64,000 nt of DNA from Carcharhinus longimanus (taxonomy: Eukaryota), in NCBI GenBank assembly GCA_030264375.1, contig JASCQW010000119.1:8796506-8860505 (forward strand), written 5' to 3'. The stretch's first letter is position 1; the number at the start of each line of letters is the position of its first letter. Below the pieces are notes generated by a model, which ran no database searches, was not told the origin of the DNA, and worked only from the letters and a program-made list of their open reading frames with translations. Position numbers and translations under genes: made by a program. This document shows, one piece after another, positions 14,501 to 29,700 of this stretch.

Positions 14501-17500
14501 ATTTTGAGCCTGGATGGAAAAGCCAAAAGTAGAACTTGCTCTTCATAATAGTGTGATCGCGTACAATTCCAGATCGTATTTACATGGGCCTTTTTTTTAA
14601 ACTTAAACACTAACTTATTTGTCGCATGTAAAGTTTGCATTAAAGCTGCAATAGAGTTACTGTGAAATTCCTCTGGTCGCCATACTCCGGCGTCTGTCCG
14701 GGTCAATGCACACATCATCACGTCTTTCAGACTGTGGGAGGCAATCGGAGCACCCATAGGAAAACCATGCACGCACGAGGAAAGTGTGTAAGTCCTCACA
14801 GAATGCAAGGAAGCGAAGCTCCAGGGATGGAATTGGTGCAAGTTTCTACTGGACAGTCCATTCAGCAGTTCCTTGAAAATTGTGCTAGATGCTACCATGC
14901 TGTTTGAAATTGGCTAGATGCTGCCATGCATGCGAATCTACATTCATGGCTTCAGACTTACCATTTAAAGTGAAGACGTAAAGGAAATCTTATATAGTTT
15001 TAAAACCAAGTGATGGAGAAAAAAAAAATGCACGCCCATCCCAAATACAGAATTCCGTCGCTAGCAGTTCAAATAATTACAAAGGTAGACATGGTTCATG
15101 CTATTTATTGTATATTGAAATTAGGGCTAAAAAACACACATTATTCTTTGAGCAAAATCATGCGCAACAGAAAGATACATCACCAAAGTAGAATCCTCAG
15201 CCCACCATGTTGTGCCTAACATGACAACAAATTAATCTAATCTCTTCTGCCTGTCAAGGTCCATATCCTTCTATTCTTTGAATATGCATGTGTTCATCTA
15301 AAACTCCCTTAGAAGTCAGCAACCCACCTGGTTTCACTGCTACCTCATTATATCTGCCACGCTCGGCGTATAAATATATTTCCCCTGACATCTCATCTGA
15401 TCTTTCTCCTTCACACGTTACCTGGATGACCCGGCATATTAGACATTTCAAATTTGCGGGGGGTGGGCGTGGGGGGGGGGGCGGAATTTGGCGGGTAACT
15501 GATCCATTCCATTCATAATTTTCCAGACATCTATCGCCTCAGCCTCCGTCGCTCGCTCCTGAGCAAATTAACCCACGAGGCCACCCTCTCCTTTCAGAAC
15601 ATGCACTGTCATTCGGGCAGCACCCTGGTAAACCTCTACGACACACTCTTCAAAGCCTGCACACTCTGTTTACAATCTGCCGACTGCCATGAACACAGAT
15701 TGATAAAGAGGCAACATGATCAACAGGCCATTTTAATCAATACCCTGACACAAATGAAGGCATGGCCTGGCCTCTGTGCGACCCCATCGAATTGCGCGAT
15801 CACAACCAAGAAGCTATGGACATGATCCCGACCTTTTCTCTTTGCATACATGCTGTTCAGCGTCCTGCCATTCTCTGTGTATTTACAATTAAAATTTATT
15901 CCACGGACATTCAGTGAAACACGCCAGCCTGCGTTAAACATGGCCTGCATTTTTTTCGCCGATTACGTGCAATATATCTGTCTCCCGTTGTATCGTTTGC
16001 ATACCTCTCATCTAGTCACATCTCGACCTATTTTGACGTCATCGACAAACGTAATAAGCCTTCATTTACATTTTCATCAAAATCATATCTGTCCCAGTAC
16101 GGATCACTGAGGTACACAATCAGTTCAGGAAGTACAGCACACACGCATCTTTCCAAAACTGCATTCTGCATTTAATGGGCCAGATCACAGAAGAATCCAT
16201 TCCTATTAAAGGATCACATTGATCTAAGCTATTCAAGTTTCCTTTCTTCAGTAGAGAAACAATGTCAGTCACGCAAATTATCCAACAAATCTCCAGTGCT
16301 TAACAGCGATCTCTCTCTGGGTTTCAGCAATATCCTGTCATTACACTCCCCCAAAAAAGAAAATGGTGTGGATGCTGTCCGGTTCTGGGGAACTATGCAG
16401 CTAGATTTGACACTCCATTATTGTCAGGTTTACTGGTATACAACAAACAAGTTTAGATTCTCGCGCACTTCACAAACTAAGAATATCATATACAGAGAAA
16501 ACAAAAAGGAGAGGGTGCATGAAGTAGACTGAACTTCTTGTTTGACTGCTAAGAAAAGTCAAATTCATGCCTAGTAGGTCAATTCAAAAGTATAATGGCA
16601 GGAAGGAAACCATAATTCATGAGTTGTTTGGTAGGTGACCTCAAACTATTGTGCATTTCTGTTTCATGATTGAAGAAGGTGGAATGGACTATGTGCAGTG
16701 TGCGTGGGTTCCTTGATTATGCAGGCTTTTTTTTCTGAGTCAGCGGGAAGTGTAGACGGACTGAATGGATAGAAAGTTGTTTTGTGAGGTGGACAAGTTT
16801 TTTCTTCACAATCTTACGTACTTTCTGCAGCATTTTACAAATAAGGAGCCATGTCAAACTTTGATGTATCCCGGAAGAATGCTTTCCATGATGCAAAAGT
16901 GGACTGTGGTCAGAGCCAAGCTGGTATGCAAAATGATCTTAACCTCCAGAGAATGGAGGCGTTATTGTGTTTTCCTAACGAGAGCGTCAGGATAGATTAA
17001 TCAGGAAAGGATGTTGGTGAACTGGATATTCAACAATGTAACACTGTCAAAATGTTCTGATTTGTCGCCCTTGATATAGAGAGGGGCATGTCCTGTACTA
17101 CCCCTTCTTCAGCCGATGAATAACTCTTTCGAATTTTAACGTTGAGGGAGAGATTATAGTCTCACAACTAGTTCTACAGATTATCTATCTCTTTCTTCGT
17201 CTATGATTGAGTTCTGACCTACGACGGTGGTGGCATCGGAAAACATGAACATCAATTTGGTGTGTAATTTGACCACAGAATCAGAGGTGTGTAAGTATTA
17301 TAATAAACAGCTAATGACACAGCCTTGTCGGGAACTGGTGTTGCGGATGATCGTGGAGGAGTTAGTGCTGTCTATCTTTACGATTGCAGTTTGATGGTTA
17401 GGAAATCAAGGATTCGGTCACAGAGAAAGCATGCCACGGAAGATTCGGAGGAACTCTTGCAACACATTTGCGCCATGATGTAAGTAACTTTGACGGGAAT

Positions 17501-20500
17501 ATGCAGGGCCTATGGTGGGGCCGAGTACAGAGTTGTGTGCGACTATAGCTCCATTAGCTTATTATATGATTATGAATTTGCACAGATTGGTTATCAGAAG
17601 TGTAAGAGGGTCGCTCAAATTTTAATGCAAAATGCAATTAGCTCACGGGGATTACCCATTACGTTTGGTCTGCAAGATTGAACAATGCAGAAGGCAAACC
17701 AAATTCCATTGTTAAAAACGGCATAGAAGCGAAAGTCAAAACAATTATTGGTCCACCAGTCATGCATCATTCGCGGGCAAATTAGTCGAATCAATTTTTT
17801 GGATGGGATGAATTGCCTCTTAGAAAGTCACAGGTCTGCCATGAATAGTCAGCATCGGTTTGAAGAAAGATGATATTGAACATTTCGAGAAAGTGGCAGG
17901 AAGTGGTGATATAACTAGTTTTATTTTTTGAATGATGTGAACACGGATGTTAGTATCACGTCTGGAAACGTTGTTGCCTCCACGAATGAAACTTCACTCA
18001 TGGTCTTTTCACTGATGTGTCGATATTCACTGACAGAACAAATTAGGAAAGACGCTTGTTTCGGTGTCTGAAATGAAGCTGCAATTAAGGATATTTTTGA
18101 CTGTTTTTGTGTTATATACTAACAAATAGGGCGTCAGTATTTGTCTCTGTGCTGTGTTGCTGGGTTTGGGGTATGTGGGGAGCGGGAGTGGGGGTGGAGT
18201 AAGTGTCTTAGGATCATCGATCCTGTGTACCATCAACCTAAGGCATTCTTAGTCGATTGGAGTACAGATAGCGCGACACAATGCACAATCCTTGGCATTT
18301 GTTGTGTAAAAAAAAACTGTTCTTGATCACGCTCTGGTGAAGGTTGAGAAGCAGAATGGCATGGGGACTATGGAAATTAATATTCGCTTGTTCATGTAGA
18401 AGTAGCAAACACTGATACATTTGAAGATAAGCCAACTAACAAACAGTGTAAGAACTGTACAGACAANNNNNNNNNNAACTTCAATATGAGCATTTTATCT
18501 TTCCCAAAATTCAGCTTCCCATATATGAAACTTGAGTCGAGCATTTTACCTTCCATAGAGGGATGCGCTAGGCGTGACTGTATGGCAATTTTGCAGTCAA
18601 ACAAACACTGGACGAGTATTTAATAGGTGTCGGTGAGCTTAGCTGTAGTTTACAAAGCAATGTTGACAGTCAGCTGAAAATGTGTGTGTGTGAGTGGGAG
18701 GGGATTTGGGGGAAGGAGGATAATGCGGCAGATGGATGTTAGATGAATTGAGACAGAGCAAACAGTTGTAGGAAATGCACAGCCGATAATCTGAGAGGCA
18801 GCAAAGAAAGAACAAAGAACAGCACAGCACAGGAAAGAGGCCCTTTTTCCCTACAAGCCTACGCCGCCCATTTTAACACTCATTGAGTGTCTTATTCAAG
18901 TATTTTGTCGATCGTCGACGTTTTTGTCTANNNNNNNNNNNNNNNNNNNNNNNNNNNNNNNNNNNNNNNNNNNNNNNNNNNNNNNNNNNNNNNNNNNNNN
19001 NNNNNNNNNNNNNNNNNNNNNNNNNNNNNNCTAAATGTGGTCTAACGAACGTTCTATTAAACTGCAACATCAGATTCCAGCTTTTATACTCTATACCACT
19101 TACTATAAAGGGAAGCATACCATATGCCTTCTTCACCAGCTTCTCCACCTGTGCTGCCACCTGCAAGGAGTTGTGAATTTGCACACCCAGGTCCCTCTGT
19201 GTTTCTATACTTCTAATGGCCCTGTAATTTATTGTACAACTCCCCTCTACATTAGCTCTTCCAAAATGCATTACCTCACATTTATCTGGATTAAATTCCA
19301 TCTGCCATTTATTCACCCTTTTTACCAGCCTATCTATATCGTGTTGTATTGCCTGGCACTGTTCATCACTATCAGCAAGTCCAGTCATCTTCGTGTCATC
19401 CACAAACTTGCTGAGCACACTAGTTACTCCTTCTTTCAAGTCATAGCATAGGTCCCAGTACGGAGCCCTGTGGAACACCACGAGTCACAGACCTCTAGCT
19501 AGAAAAATACCCTTGCACTGATACCTTCTGTGTCCTGTGACCAAGCCAGTTCTCAATCCATCTAGCCACCTGTCCTTGTATCCCATGAACCTTAACCTTT
19601 TTTTTTCCCAACTGCTATGAGGGACTTTGTCAAACGCCTTACTGAAATCCATATACATGACATCCACGTTCCTTCCTTCGTCAACCGTTTTTTTTCACCT
19701 CCTCAAAAAATAACACCGGATTTGTAAGGTACGACCTCCCTCTTACAAAAACATGTTGTCTATTTACGTGTGCAGGCACATATTTTCAGTGATTTAAATA
19801 GACAGGATTATAAAACATTTGTACAGATTGTTCTCCTGAGTTGTCAGACGTACAGAATAGAAAAATTAAGATGCAATTTTGTAATTGCATTCAACAGTGG
19901 TGAGACCAGAACTGGAGCATTGTGTGCAATTCTGTTCACCAGGAAGGACGAAATTGCCCTGGAGTGAAAAACATTGACATTCACAAGAATGCTGCCAAAT
20001 CTGGAAGAAATGACGTAAAAGGAAACATTGTTTCGGCAGGGGCTGTTTTCATTGAATGTAAGGTAGCTGAAAGGTGATTTGATCAATGAATGCAACATTA
20101 AGACAGGATAGGGCAGCATGCAATGGGTTAACATCTTTCTAATCGTATTTTTCTTCCTATATCCAGAGAAATAAATTACACAAACATGGCGGTATGATAG
20201 GAGATGATTTTTGTGACGTAAGTAGGTGATTGGATTTTGCTCTCTGTGTTGATGCCGGTGTTAGAAGCCCTACAATCTCAACAAATGCAGCTTCGTCTTG
20301 TTTTGATTAAGCTGCAGGGTTATAGACCATGTCCACGGAGATGACATTAAGATAAAACAAAGACAAATCGCAGTTTCGGGGGGTCGGGGCAAGAATAAGG
20401 TCGGAAGGATTGTCTTATATTCTGCTGCAACGATCCAATGGTTCTACGGTTCTGATGAGCTGCAACTCAGCAATGTCAGCTGAAATCTGAATTTTGTTTG

Positions 20501-23500
20501 TTTTTATCAGGAAGCAAGATCACTAAATTAAATTTTGATGTAAACGCTCAAATTTTTATTGTCTGAATTGTAGATATGAAGACATGCGAAGTATCACTGA
20601 ACCAGTTAGGTGAGAAACATGATTGTTCTGTGATTACTGATTTTACGCTTACTATTTTCTTTCAAAATGCGATCGACAACAGCCCACAGAACTTTCAGCT
20701 ACCTTGCTTTGGGGAACAGTATTAACTTGTGCCTGCTATCCCGCCTGTTCAATGAGTACTCTTGTTCATTTCATCTTTGTGTAAATATGCAGAAACAACA
20801 AATATCAGTAACGGCGGATATTTTATGAGCAGAAATGATACTGCGCGTAATTCAATGTGATATGACCGGAAAGTTTATATCTATGGAAATGAACAACAAA
20901 GATGATTGGAAACAAGTCAATTGTTGATAATCCGTTGCATTTTGCTGCCTGCCAGCCAATTTCTAGACAAGCAAAATAAAACAAGACATATGCAAACCCG
21001 ATTGATTAATTACAGATTTTGTGGTTAATATTTATCGCTGCAATAGAGGAAAAACTCAAAGCAAACGAAAAAGGTAATTGGATAATACTAGCAAATTATT
21101 CATTCGTTCAATATGTGTCAATGGCTGCCTTAGTAACTTTGATTTTGGTTGACATATTTTGAAATGCAGTTATCAATATTTTTTTGTCAACATTCGAAGA
21201 TAACACCTCCCAAGGATATCTTCCATTGTGCAGACGCATGTATTTGGGCCTGATATTTGGAGCATACCCATCAAGGACTATGCATATTGAAGAAAATCAT
21301 GACTGATTTCAATCTAACCTCCTCATTCACAACTGACCCATTCTGTTTTCGTCACTATTGTTTGCTAATATTACGTCCTACCTCTGCGACAAAGAGAAGA
21401 AAAACGCATCAAATTGCTGATTCTGCCCAAATCACTGGAACAGAGATCCGTATAGTCACACCTTAAGAGAGTAAATAATAAGAACTCACGTTAATTCTGA
21501 TTCTAATCGCCGTTCTGATCATTAACGCTATTTCCAGATTCATTTAAGGTAGCACATGCATCTATAATTTCACCCTCTCAAGACCGTTCGTCTATACAAT
21601 ATTAATATCCAATCATCTCTGCCTCACTTAAACTCCAACAAATTGATCTCGTCTGCAAATTTTCCATAACATCACAACGCAGCCATTCAACTTACTGGTA
21701 AACATCTGAAATATTCTTTACACATTTATCCAATCTCTGAAAAAAAACAATACAGGGCACAATGATTTAAATGTGCACTTTTGTAGTGCCTTACAGAACT
21801 AAGGTATGACTTCCTTACATTGAATTCAATTCCCATCACATTAGCATTCTCATTGTATGCTGCACCTGAATGGTATATTTTGCGATTATTGCAGGCGGGA
21901 AGAACCGTAATATTTGGGCGAAATTGTTAACCTGGAGGTTTTACCATATAACTGAAAAGATTAACTAATTGAATAATTGTACACGCACACTTACACACAC
22001 ACTTACACTTACACACACACACACACACACACACATCGCTAACACATTCTGCCAACTCGGGTGATTAAGTCAATGTGATTTATGAAACAGTGCAAGGAAT
22101 AAGAAAACAATTGTCTTCGTTGTTGTTTATTGAGGGTGCGAGCCTTTTCAATATCATTTTAAGACATCAATTCATACATACTTTAGGAAAAAATGGTAGC
22201 TATAGAGCCTACTTCAGGAGAGGGTATTTGTCGAACCAAACGACGTGGGTGAGATCCTTAATGAGTATGTTGCATCAGCATTCATAAAGCAGAGGGGCAC
22301 GTCGATTGACGTTGATTTGGACATTTTTCTCCTCCCTTTAGAACAATTTATCATTGCAAGGGAGGAAATCTTAGGAAAATTTGAAAGCGTTCAGATAGAC
22401 GAATCCGCCACGCCAGATAGCAACATTGCTGAGGGAGATGAGATTGTGGGCATTTAACAAAAGTGTTTTTTACTTCGTTGGCCTAGGTGAGGTCGCAGGT
22501 TATTTTTTCGGTTAACCACAGTTCTGCGTTTATTTAAGAAGGGTAGCAACGATAACCTGGATAATTTTAGGTCAGTAACCTGGACGTGTGGGAAAAGGAA
22601 ACTTTTGGAGAAGTTTCTTAGGAATAGGGCCGATAAACATTTGGAAATTATTGGTCTTGTTAGCGGTAAAGATCATTGTTCCGTACATGGGAGTTCACGG
22701 CTCTCTCGTTTAATTTGTTTCACAGATCATTACAATGTCAGAATAGGTGAAGAGGTGTTGAAGAAAGCACAAGACATGCTTGCCTTTATCGGAAGGGGCA
22801 CGGAGTAATAAACTTGGCAAATGATGTTACCGTTGGATGAAAAAGTGGGTTACGCTGCATTTGGAATACTGTGCTCATTTTTGGCCACTACGCTACCAAA
22901 AGTTTGTGGAGGCTTGGAGGGAGTGCAGAAAAGAAACAAAACGTTTACCAGGATGTTGTCATGTATGGATGATATTAGCTCTGAAGAGAGATTGAATAGA
23001 CTTGTATTGTTCTCCCTGAAAAGACGGAGGCAGAGGGTCAACCTGCTAGACATTAATGAAACTGTGCGTGGTAGAAATTGAATGATCATTTGGAAGCATT
23101 CCCGCGGGAGGAATGACAATTATAACGGAGCACAATGTCAAGATAAGAGGGAAAGTTTCAGTGGACATGTGCGGGAGACGTCTTCTACACAGAGAGTGGT
23201 GAGGGCGTACACTACATCGCCAGCTAAACTCGTTGAGGCATTTAGGTTAGTCTCAATTAAGACTTATCTTAAAATGCATGCGAGCAAATGGGGAATCGAG
23301 GGATATGCTCAGTTGGTAACCGTGATTGGCGCAGGCTTGGAGGGCCGAAATCCCTGTTCCCGTGCTATACTATTCTTTGACCAATATTTGAAACACTCCT
23401 ACTTAAAAGCGCAAAACTTTTGTGTTGAAGAGTGTCGGGTTTTTTTTCTGCAAAATAAACGCTTCCTTATTTGATTGCACCATACACTCAAATGATCAAC

Positions 23501-25962
23501 ATTAAAACTCACATTACTTTGTAGTTATTTGTGTAACCTTGCGTTGAAACTTAAGGGCCACTCAATGCAATGTTTTCACTTCAAAGCGCAAAGCCCAATG
23601 TTCAACCTGCCAACACGATGACACATTTACCATGATACATTGACTGAACCGACATGTTCCAACTGGTATTTCAACGTGTGCATATTACACTACGTTTCTG
23701 AGAATTCCGCAAATGGAAACTTGCAATTTTTTTTAACAATTATATTGCAGCAGCATTCAAGCCCACACCTCTTGAACTAGCCTCAAATATTGTGGCTTAT
23801 AATACAAAAACAGATGTGTCCTGTTAAACAGTGTGTTGTAGAATGAAAGTCACTGCAGGCATGCGCGAAGAATGAGCGTTTCAGTTGTATAAATATGACA
23901 GCTCTCCATCGGATCAGGAAAGGAGGCATGCCGACTCATTCTCTGTTGAGCAGAAATGATTGAATAGAAAACAATAAATCTTGAAAATAATTGTTGTTTT
24001 CATCTACACTGCAGAACTAAGCGAATGCGAAGACGCCTTGAAAGATTTTCGTGAGAAAATAATTTCCCAATTTCAATTTGGTAACATTAAATTTCAACCA
24101 ATCAAACAGACTTTCACAAATCTTGAAAAATCCACTGACATTAATAATATATTAACAATAATAAATTACCCGTAGATATGATGCCATCTCGATGAAATTA
24201 GAAGTCTGCAATGCACCTGAAATCACTTTGACATATAAAACGATGGTCCTACCCACTACGGACAAAATAATTATTGGCATTTTAAGGAAGTGGCGTATAC
24301 AATTACTGTTTTTTTTAAATAATCGTTCTATACATTCATTCTATCTGTTGAATGAAACGGAACTTCATAGATGCCGCTGGTGTTGCAAGATTTCTGAAAG
24401 TGATTGACTTGTTTTGAAAGTGCATCACGTTTACTCACAGGTCATCCACATACCCATTAATATGGTTGCTCTTTTCAAAGTCACCACCTTTAATCATTAT
24501 GGAAATAACTAAAAAGCCGTTTTACAACTTATAGAAATTCTGTCATCACCACGTTTTGATTGGATTGAAACGTCCTTATTACAATACCAGCTGTTAACGT
24601 CGCTCAGAACTAAGAATATTCCACAACGTCCAGAATGAGGCAAAATCGAACATCCCGATGTCGCTGAACTGGGCAGATCGATTTGCAGAAAGATGGTGCA
24701 ACCTATTTGAAGACAACATAATTGTACCTCCCTGTGGCAGTGTTTTAAAATATGTTTAAACGTTGATGATTTGGGAAATGTCGTTCAAGCTTTATGCTTG
24801 TGATTTATGTAGAAAAAGAAAACAGGTTACACAGATCATTATTAAAGATAAAATATATTATTAAACTGGAGAGAATGCAGAAAATAGTTACTAGGATGCT
24901 ACCTGACTTGTTGGTTTATGTTCTAAGGAGAGGCTGGATAGACTGGGACTGATTTGTCTGGAGCGTAGAAGGATGAGCGTAGTGTTCTATAAAACAAGAA
25001 GGGCAAACATCAACTATATATTCAAGAGCTTTTCCCATAGTTAGGGGAGTCTAAAACTAGGGGGTAGAGGTTTAACGTGAGAGCAGAGACATACAGACGT
25101 GTCCAGAGGGGCATTTTTTTTTTCACACAGAATTTAGTGAGTCTCTGGAACAGTTTGTCAGAAATAGCAGTAAAGTCGGGTAAAATTGTGTCTTTCAATA
25201 AACATTTAGATAGTTACATGGGAAAGATTGCAATAGAGGGATACGGACCAAAAGCAGGCAATTGGATTAGCTTAGGGTTACAAAAGGGGCAGCATGAACA
25301 AGTTGGGCAGAAGAACCTGTTTACGTGCTGTAAACCCCTATGAATCTAAGCACAGTTTAATGGGAATGATAAACAGACGGAATAGGAGAGAACTTAAAAG
25401 GGGCATCAGGAAGGCAAAAAGGGGCCACGAAATGGCTTTGGCGGGTAGGATTAAGGAAANNNNNNNNNNNNNNNNNNNNNNNNNNNNNNNNNNNNNNNNN
25501 NNNNNNNNNNNNNNNNNNNNNNNNNNNNNNNNNNNNNNNNNNNNNGGGACGGCGGCGCGGGCTCGTTGGGCCGAAGGGCCTGTTTCCCGTGCTGTGTTGT
25601 TCTTTGTTCTTTGTTCTTTGAACACTGGCTAGAATTGTCTGTGGACCTCCATTTTGGCAAGGCCTGTTCGTTCAAATTTGTAATTAATGTAGTAAACAAC
25701 GTTGTTAAATTTCCTCAAGAATGGAGACCTTGAATTAGCAAATAGCAAACTAAAAAAAAAATACTGCGCACGTTTTTCAACGTTTTTGATTGATTTAAAA
25801 TAAAGAATCCGCTTTTTTAATATCATAATATTGCACGCTGCAAGGAATTTAGAGTGAACCGTGATTCATAAATGGAATAGTAACGGAAGAGGTTCTTTAA
25901 TGGTTAACAGCTAGTCTGGGATTTGCAGATGCGTTACAACAACAACAACAACAACAATAACA

Positions 25963-25998
<36 letters not shown>

Positions 25999-26694
25999 GT
26001 GCTGGTAATAACCTGTCAGCTGACAAGCATTGTGTGAATTCTCAACAACACATTCAAGGTTGATTGGTGATTTCCCTGGCATAGCGATTACTCCAAAATC
26101 CTGTGTTAATTTGGAAACGACACAATTTAAAGTCTCGTCCATCCAGTCCCCCCACCCTTCGCCACAACCCTCCACCTCAACGGCACGAGCGCGATGTAGA
26201 TTGATATTAAATTTTCTTTTGCAGAAGGATGGACCCTGCTCATTGCAGAAGGAAGAAGGATAAACGTATGCGTACCTTGAGTAATTAGGTTGTGGAAGAC
26301 TAACGTCACGCTATTACTATATGTTTCATTTCAGCAATACACTTTTCCCCGATCAAGTGATTGCGTGTTCCAGATAAATAGTCACCTTTATTTGTCCTAC
26401 TGAGTAAAAGTCTTTCAAATAATAACAACTGTTTCATTATCAATGATTAACTTCGTCTACACACGCATTTTAATTATCCACCATTTCTCAAATTCACAGA
26501 GAATCTAAAGAATGGTAAGTGAATGCTTGATACAGAACATTGATTGCAAAAATGCATATAGATGATCACATTTGAGAGAAAAAAAACATTGCGTTAACTA
26601 ATGAATTCATTTGAATGGCCTTCAACATTGCAAACGGACAAAATCACAGGTAAAATTCCATGACGAGAGGTGCATGAGTAGGTACACGTGTGTG

Positions 26695-26725
<31 letters not shown>

Positions 26726-29700
26726 ACGTGTGCCTAATATGACAGTTCCCTCCCTGAGTGTGNNNNNNNNNNGTGCCAGTGTTAATTTCTGCACCATCTC
26801 ACATAATATAAAATGTAATTCAACTGCAATCGCTTGAAACATTATTCCGTGAAGCACAGGTGTATATTAGCCGAAATGTGTCACATCATATTTGATGCAC
26901 CACATGAAATCAAAAGTACACGTACAACTCCTTTTGAAAATGTTAGATTAACAGTGCTAGCAATGGGGACACTACCTGTGCTGATATCCCAAAGACGTGT
27001 TCTGCTTGTTCATTCGCGGCTGAACGTCAGGATATTCTGCGCTCAGTATTATGCGTGTGCCCAATGGACACAGTCTGCGCAAGCTCAAGTTCATAATTCA
27101 GCACATTTCTCTAACGTGGCCCTAGAAAGGTGTCAATAATGATGGATTTGACGTAAAATTCCAATGCAAAGCAAAGATTAATGCAATGCCATAAGATCTG
27201 GCTGTTATACGTACAAAGGAAGGTACTTGTCGTTATTTTTCATTTTGTAACTGCAGTAACCTGCATCTTTTTTTTGTTCCGCTAATCATTATGGACTTTC
27301 ATTTGTACTGTAATAAAAAAAAAGTTTGTCAGTGATTGAACTTACTTGCTCAAGTTGATGGTTTTGAAATAATTTGCCTGCACAATAAGAACAGAATATA
27401 TTGCATGAATGTTCCCGCAATTCATATTCCAATATTTGTATCCCTGCCGCTTGTCTACATATCAGAGCATATCCGCCAGATAGTCAATGGCATGCAAAAC
27501 TAATTTACTGAAAACAGTGCCATCAGCGATATCCATAAAATTACTCCAAATCAATTGAAATGAACATTTAACATTGTCTTCGAACTAAATGAACTACAGT
27601 GGCAAACATTGCCTTCGCATTGTAAAATTAGGTCAACGTTTCGAGATCTTGGCAATTGCTGCATTAAGACATGCCTTGCATTGTGATGTTCTGTGAAGCA
27701 GATCGCATGTAAAATATCCGTCGCAATACTATCGACATGGTGTGCATGTATCGGAACAGCAACGATTTAGGAAAAACTCAGGTGGCTGCACACTGCATTA
27801 GACACTGGTGTAGTCGTATTGGGAGACAACAAGTTTGACGACTGCCCACAGGAAGACCCAGTATCAGTCAGTATTTGACAATGATTATACCTAAAAATTA
27901 CAATCCTGAAGAATCCATACTCGAAAAAGTAAGGATTCAGTTGGAAGGGCACTGATGCAGTCATTAAAACAAAGACAACCTTTTCTAGTGAAGATGACCA
28001 TCAAAGCTGAGCAGTAGCAATGTTCGAAGGAAAATTAGTTCGGCTTCATTAGTTGAAGATTGAAAGCACTGGTTTCGTTAAATGTGATGAACACAAGATA
28101 ATATTTAAGAAATAGCTAAGAATGTTAATGTCATGAAACGAACACTATACGAACAGTTTCAAGAAGACATTCAACATTGACCAAACCGGTCAAACCTCAA
28201 CTGATCTAAACATCTCAACCAATTGCCAAATGATGAAAACTGTCTGTGAAACCTCCATCAAACTGCATTGACTCGACAAAAAAAAAGGCTTTCTGTTGTT
28301 CCATTGTTTGGTTCGGTCGATTCATTGCATTACTGACATCATCTCAGGACTGAGGAGAACATCAGCGTGAAGACATCAACTCAAAATTTCAGCGTGATTA
28401 TAACGGCAAATTTATCACTGCCCGAATGCAACATGAAGGAATGTTGTTAATAAATAAACAGTTGGGAGTCGTGGAAAATCTTCCACCAGTACTGTTGATA
28501 TTTGCTGCAATGTGAACTTGTTTGGTTGTTGTAGATCAAAACTACCTGGAGCTGCATTTCTTCTCAGAAGGTGTAAAAGATTTTGCCTTCGGGCTAAGAA
28601 TATTTAGTTGCTTCATCTCCGACATTCCCATCCATTACCAGACACTTTTCAGTATTGGCAAATGAGTACACAACGTCCAGCACCTTTCCGTTCTCCTGAA
28701 ACACCAGAAAATTGCTAGTTGCAATTCTCATTTGCCTATATACTGTTTGGTTGATATGGTGAAATGACATTCACGCTGCACAATTTCCAAGAAAGACAAA
28801 CCGCCAAGCATAGATGGTATAAAAAGATTTCAAATAAAACAACGGCATCAGCATCAGAGACCTGCAAAAGGAAAACATAATTATTGGTCCAGAAACTGAC
28901 CTGAAGCTGCGTCTCAAACGTTATGCGTCCAATAGCAAGAACGATTCTTCAAAATCTGTGGAGAGTATGTAATTTTCGAGATCCCGAAAGCCTCTTCGAG
29001 ATCTACAAAGGATAGGTCAGGTTTGTGATGAAGTGCTATTCAATTGTCTAAATCTTGGATCAATACTCAAGAGTCAAGCTACATAATTCAAACGAAGAAA
29101 AACAAACACTTTTCGATTTGGACGACAGGCAACACTGATTAGTTGATAACTCCATTGCAAACCGGCACACTTGGCAATAGAACGCACCATGTCCATAGTA
29201 CTTTACAACATCACAACAAGACTTCGAATATGTGTCCAAACTACCGCTATCCAAAACTTGGATGACGTGAGTAGTTAATGGACAGGACTGCGACCACCAC
29301 TCATGGTGTGGGAAGACAAACACCATCCTGTTTACACTTTTTTAAAATCACAAACACAATAATATTACCTGTAATCCTTGCAATCAGTTCAAGGCAATAT
29401 TGCAGGTGCTTTGAAAAATAGTCTTCAATGACAAAATATGGCACCTCACCAGCAGATTCTCAAGTGAAATTATAGGTTGGCCTGGTGCTGACGATCACAT
29501 TCTAAACTTGAAAAATGATAAGAATTGTGAGTTATTATTACAAAATTTTGGTCACGGATTGATTATCTTTATCAGGATGTGAACTGAGATTGTGTTCTCC
29601 CGACTGTAAAGTTTTAGTCTGACGCACACATATAATGATGTAAAGGCTTTCTATTAATAAACTTCAAGTTTAAAACCTGAACGCAACTTACCACTCTAAG

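Noticed and set aside
18037-18063. 27-nt in-frame candidate exon (EQIRKDACF)
   Set aside because: Weak donor (gtgtct), and it fits neither the exon classes nor their order; not excluded without RNA data.
20511-20539. ag...gtaaac 29-nt candidate exon
   Set aside because: Not a multiple of 3, and it would leave only a 34-nt intron before exon 5.
25897-26175. ORF with poly-Tyr and poly-Cys runs
   Set aside because: It is the translation of the (CAA)n/(TAA)n microsatellite.
24813-26265. 13-nt (24813-24825) plus 41-nt (26225-26265) candidate exon pair that would restore frame
   Set aside because: The first donor (gttaca) is poor, the peptide contains Pro and is not heptad-like, and the 36-to-15 pattern is complete without them.
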